Below, in pieces: positions 60,743 to 63,788 of a DNA stretch of 63,788 bases (positions are counted from its first letter, which is position 1; each line of letters begins with the position of its first letter). The notes beneath the pieces were generated by a model that was not told the DNA's origin, did not search any database, and was given only the letters and a program-made list of their open reading frames with translations. Origin of the DNA: Asterias rubens. Taxonomy: Eukaryota. Both the position numbers and the translations under genes were made by a program. The DNA is taken from positions 1 through 63,788 of the forward strand of contig NW_022985739.1 of assembly GCF_902459465.1 (NCBI RefSeq). The letters are read 5' to 3'.

Positions 60743-61620
60743 GTAGGATACTAGTTTTGTTTTTCAAGGCCTAAATATGTTCTATTGCATAAGTGTTCTC
60801 CTGCAAACAATTTTTTTTTAGAAGAAATTAACATACATTTAAAAGTCTTTATGAAGCCATGAAAAAATGCTGGCCAATATAGGGTTAAAGCCTATTCAGT
60901 GTTCTTTCTTTGCACAATGGGAAAACAGCAATGTTGATGTTGGAAGGGAAGAATGCTTCTTTTTCTTTCTACTGCTATTGTCAGATTCTGCACAATCGAC
61001 CGTGCGGTATTTTTTCTATAAAACCTTTAATTATCTTGGCCCTAACATCATGGACATTATTATGCAATCCTTCGAAAATTCCATTCAGAAAATTACTAGG
61101 CCTTACCCCAGGGTTGATTCCCTTAACCCTGCCCCTGAGCCGGGTTAATTACTTGATTGACCTTTTACCAATACTTCCAGCAAGTGCCATGAAACCCGTC
61201 AATCGCATGACAAATTCCATCCGATTGTTATACCGCATGTCTTTAAAACACTGTCACAGCAATCGTCTTCTACTGACAAGCCATCAGCGATGTCTTCCCC
61301 GAACTGCAAGACCTCTTCTCCGCCGTAATTACACAAATATTGGTATAACAACACGCAAATACACAATTAATGTGCAGCCATTTTGGGTCGCATGTGGCAA
61401 GGATTTTGCAGCCGGCCGCGTGACATTGTGGGAACGGACTTCCGTCCACAAACATTTGTAACTTCCGCATGGGCTGACCTGTTTACCACATTTCATGGGG
61501 TTTGATCGTAAGTGTGAAACGACCGTGCATATTCCTGGGAAATAGTACTCCCGGGAATTACCAAATTGGGATAGTGAGAACGGTTGCTGGGGTGGCAGTG
61601 GGGTTAAAAACTCCGTCCAT

Positions 61621-61745
61621 TCCGTGTGGCAGTCTCAGATGTCCGGCGGGCTTAAATATCCGGCTTACCAAATACAGTAGTATTACTTCATGCCATACCT
61701 GCGCACAGCAAGCGAAAGTAGTCGATTTTAGTGCCGTGATGAGTC
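61621..61745 (+). mobile_element. Diverged relative of the 51521 MITE left end
   Basis: Shares CC(G)GTGTGGC..., ACCAAATAC and CCTGCGCACAGCAAGCGAAAGTAGTC. Confidence 0.6.
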
Positions 61746-62320
61746 GACTGTTTTGCTCGAGCTCGTATAGCCTTGATTCAAGGTGGTTGTCGTAGTGTGC
61801 CCCGGCCCGGTGCGCGGCACGATTCGGCAACGAAAACTGCACACAGTGTATACACAAACAACGTATACATTGTATGGATAATGTGCAGTTTCATTGTACA
61901 GCGAGAACAGTATAGTGTAGTCATGAGTACGGTCGTGTCTTCAACCTTGTGCGCGCTGGTGGAATTCAGTGATGAGGACTGGGATTTTTCGGCTGGCTGG
62001 AGCGCCTTGATCAAGGCTACATGCAAGCTGCCAGTTATTACACCAAACCATCTGTATAAACTTCGGCTGGTTGTTAAAGTAACGGTAAACTAAAGCTTAA
62101 AAATCATTTGTCATGGCTCAAGGGCAATGAATGTCCAAATGCGTAAACTTTTATTCAGCATGTTTTACTCAGTTTGTCCGAACTACAAAGAAAGTCGTGT
62201 GTTTGTGGAGGGGGATGGTAACAAAAGAGGTGTACATGTCGCGAGTTTTAAATTAAAAATAAATGTCCCTATCCATGTGTAAACTTTTAATTTAAGGCGT
62301 GTTTTATTCAGTTTGTCATA

Positions 62321-62524
62321 AGGGACTTTTCGTTTTCGACGACGGATGGTTCTGCGACGGTAAAGATGACATCTGGCGTCATCTGCGCATGCGTCGGCTT
62401 TGAGGACAGTCGTCCCTCAATTTCTATGACAGTACTTGGGATGAATCTTCGTTGTGCTGAAAACGACAACGTTTAGCTGAACAACCGTCGCAGAACCATC
62501 CGTCGTCGAAAACGAAAAGTCCCT
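62321..62524. mobile_element. 204-bp MITE with perfect 41-bp TIRs and ATA TSD
   Basis: AGGGACTTTTCGTTTTCGACGACGGATGGTTCTGCGACGGT and its exact reverse complement at 62484-62524; ATA on both flanks. Confidence 0.92.
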
Positions 62525-62574
62525 ATAATTTGCTTGAGGACGGATGCATGTGTCCTGAAAAAATGGAGCTGGGT

Positions 62575-63788
62575 GATAGGTGCCGTTCCCCCGTCCCCCT
62601 GCCCCTTCCTCTCCCCGTCCCACATGCTCTAATGTCTGACTCCGTTCTCCGTGATCCCATCCCATAGCAACAGTTAAATAAAAGGTGCCGTTCCCCCGTC
62701 CCCCTGTCCCTCCCCTCTCCCTGTCCCTCCCCTCTCCCTGTCCCTCCCCTCTCCCCGTCCCACGTGCTTTAAAGCCTGCCTCCGATCTCCATGATCCCAT
62801 CCCATAGCAACAGTAAAATAAAGGCGCCGTTCCCCCGTCCCCTCCCTCTCCCCGTCCACGTGCTCTAAAGCCTGCCTCCGTTCCCATAGCAACAGTTAAA
62901 TAAAAGGTGCCGTTCCCCCTCCCCCTGCCCCTTCCCTCTCCCGTCCCACGTGCTCTAAAGCCTGCCTCCGTTCTCCATGATCCCATCCCATAGCAACAGT
63001 TAAATAAAAGGTGCCGTTCCCCCATCCCCCTGCCCCTTCCCTCTCCCCGTCCCACGTGCTCTAAGGCCTGCCTCCGTTCTCCATGATCCCATCCCATAGC
63101 AACAGTTAAATAAAAGGTGCCGTTCCTCCGTCCCCTGCCCCTTCCCTCTCCCCGTCCCACGTGCTCTCCCTAAAGCCTGCCTCCATTCTCCATGATCCCA
63201 TCCCATAGCAACAGTTAAATAAAAGGTGCCGTTCCCCCATCCCCCTGCCCCTTCCCTCTCCCCGTCCCACGTGCTCTAAAGCCTGCCTCCGTTCTCCATG
63301 ATCCCATCCCATAGCAACTGTTAAATAAAAGGTGCCGTTCCCCATCCCCTGCCCTTCCCTCTCCCCGTCCCACGTGCTCTAAAGCCTGCCTCCGTTCTCC
63401 ATGATCCCATCCCATAGCAACAGTTAAATAAAAGGTGCCGTTCATCCGTCCCCTGCCCCTTCCCTCTCCCCGTCCCACGTGCTCTAAAGCCTGCCTCCGT
63501 TCTCCATGATCCCATCCCATAGCAACAGTTAATAAAAGGTGCCGTTCCCCCATCCCCTGCCCCTTCCCTCTCCCCGTCCCACGTGCTCTCCCTAAAGCCT
63601 GCCTCCATTCTCCATGATCCCATCCCATAGCAACAGTTAAATAAAAGTGCCGTTCCCCCACCCCCTGCCCCTTCCCTCTCCCCGTCCCACGTGCTCTAAA
63701 GCCTGCCTCCTTCTCCATGATCCCATCCCATAGCAACAGTTAATAAAATGTGCCGTTCCTCATCCCCCTGCCCCCCTCTCCCCGTCCC
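62575..63788. repeat. ~104-111-bp C-rich (plus) / G-rich (minus) minisatellite running off the right edge
   Basis: Unit AAAGGTGCCGTTCCCCCATCCCCCTGCCCCTTCCCTCTCCCCGTCCCACGTGCTCTAAAGCCTGCCTCCGTTCTCCATGATCCCATCCCATAGCAACAGTTAAATA; period 106 from 63005 to 63111. Confidence 0.95.

Noticed and set aside
60867-62093. ORFs of 93-183 aa as the Harbinger transposase partner
   Set aside because: No DDE or other recognisable motif in any frame I read.
62417-63736. Gly/Arg-rich ORFs up to 247 aa
   Set aside because: Translations of the G-rich minisatellite in several frames.

Overview
Repeat-rich, AT-rich eukaryotic (animal) genomic DNA, probably a marine invertebrate; a sea-star-like echinoderm is my inference from repeat style. 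One protein-coding gene crosses most of the window on the minus strand. I rebuilt it by hand from GT-AG exons with compatible phases. It encodes an extracellular NIDO-AMOP-VWD protein (MUC4/SUSD2/Mesh family, MUC4-like order, with a GDPH motif) and runs off the left edge. A ~12.6 kb block with three complete exons and the start of a fourth occurs twice (11024-23580 and 28429-41157), either side of a 500-N gap. The copies differ by scattered SNPs and indels, so an uncollapsed haplotype is at least as likely as a real duplication. At its right end the left copy carries a head-to-tail array of a ~1.6 kb Helentron/HINE-like element that is absent from the right copy. The rest is introns and upstream DNA filled with LINE fragments (L2, Crack/CR1-like, RTE-X-like, Rex1, Vingi-like), tRNA-derived SINEs, MITEs, three minisatellites, a fold-back cluster at 50.5-53.2 kb and a decayed Myb/SANT-like ORF. 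I found no rRNA, intact tRNA or CRISPR array. Most ORFs in the supplied track are spurious or TE-derived. All coordinates and alignments were read by eye; no searches were run.
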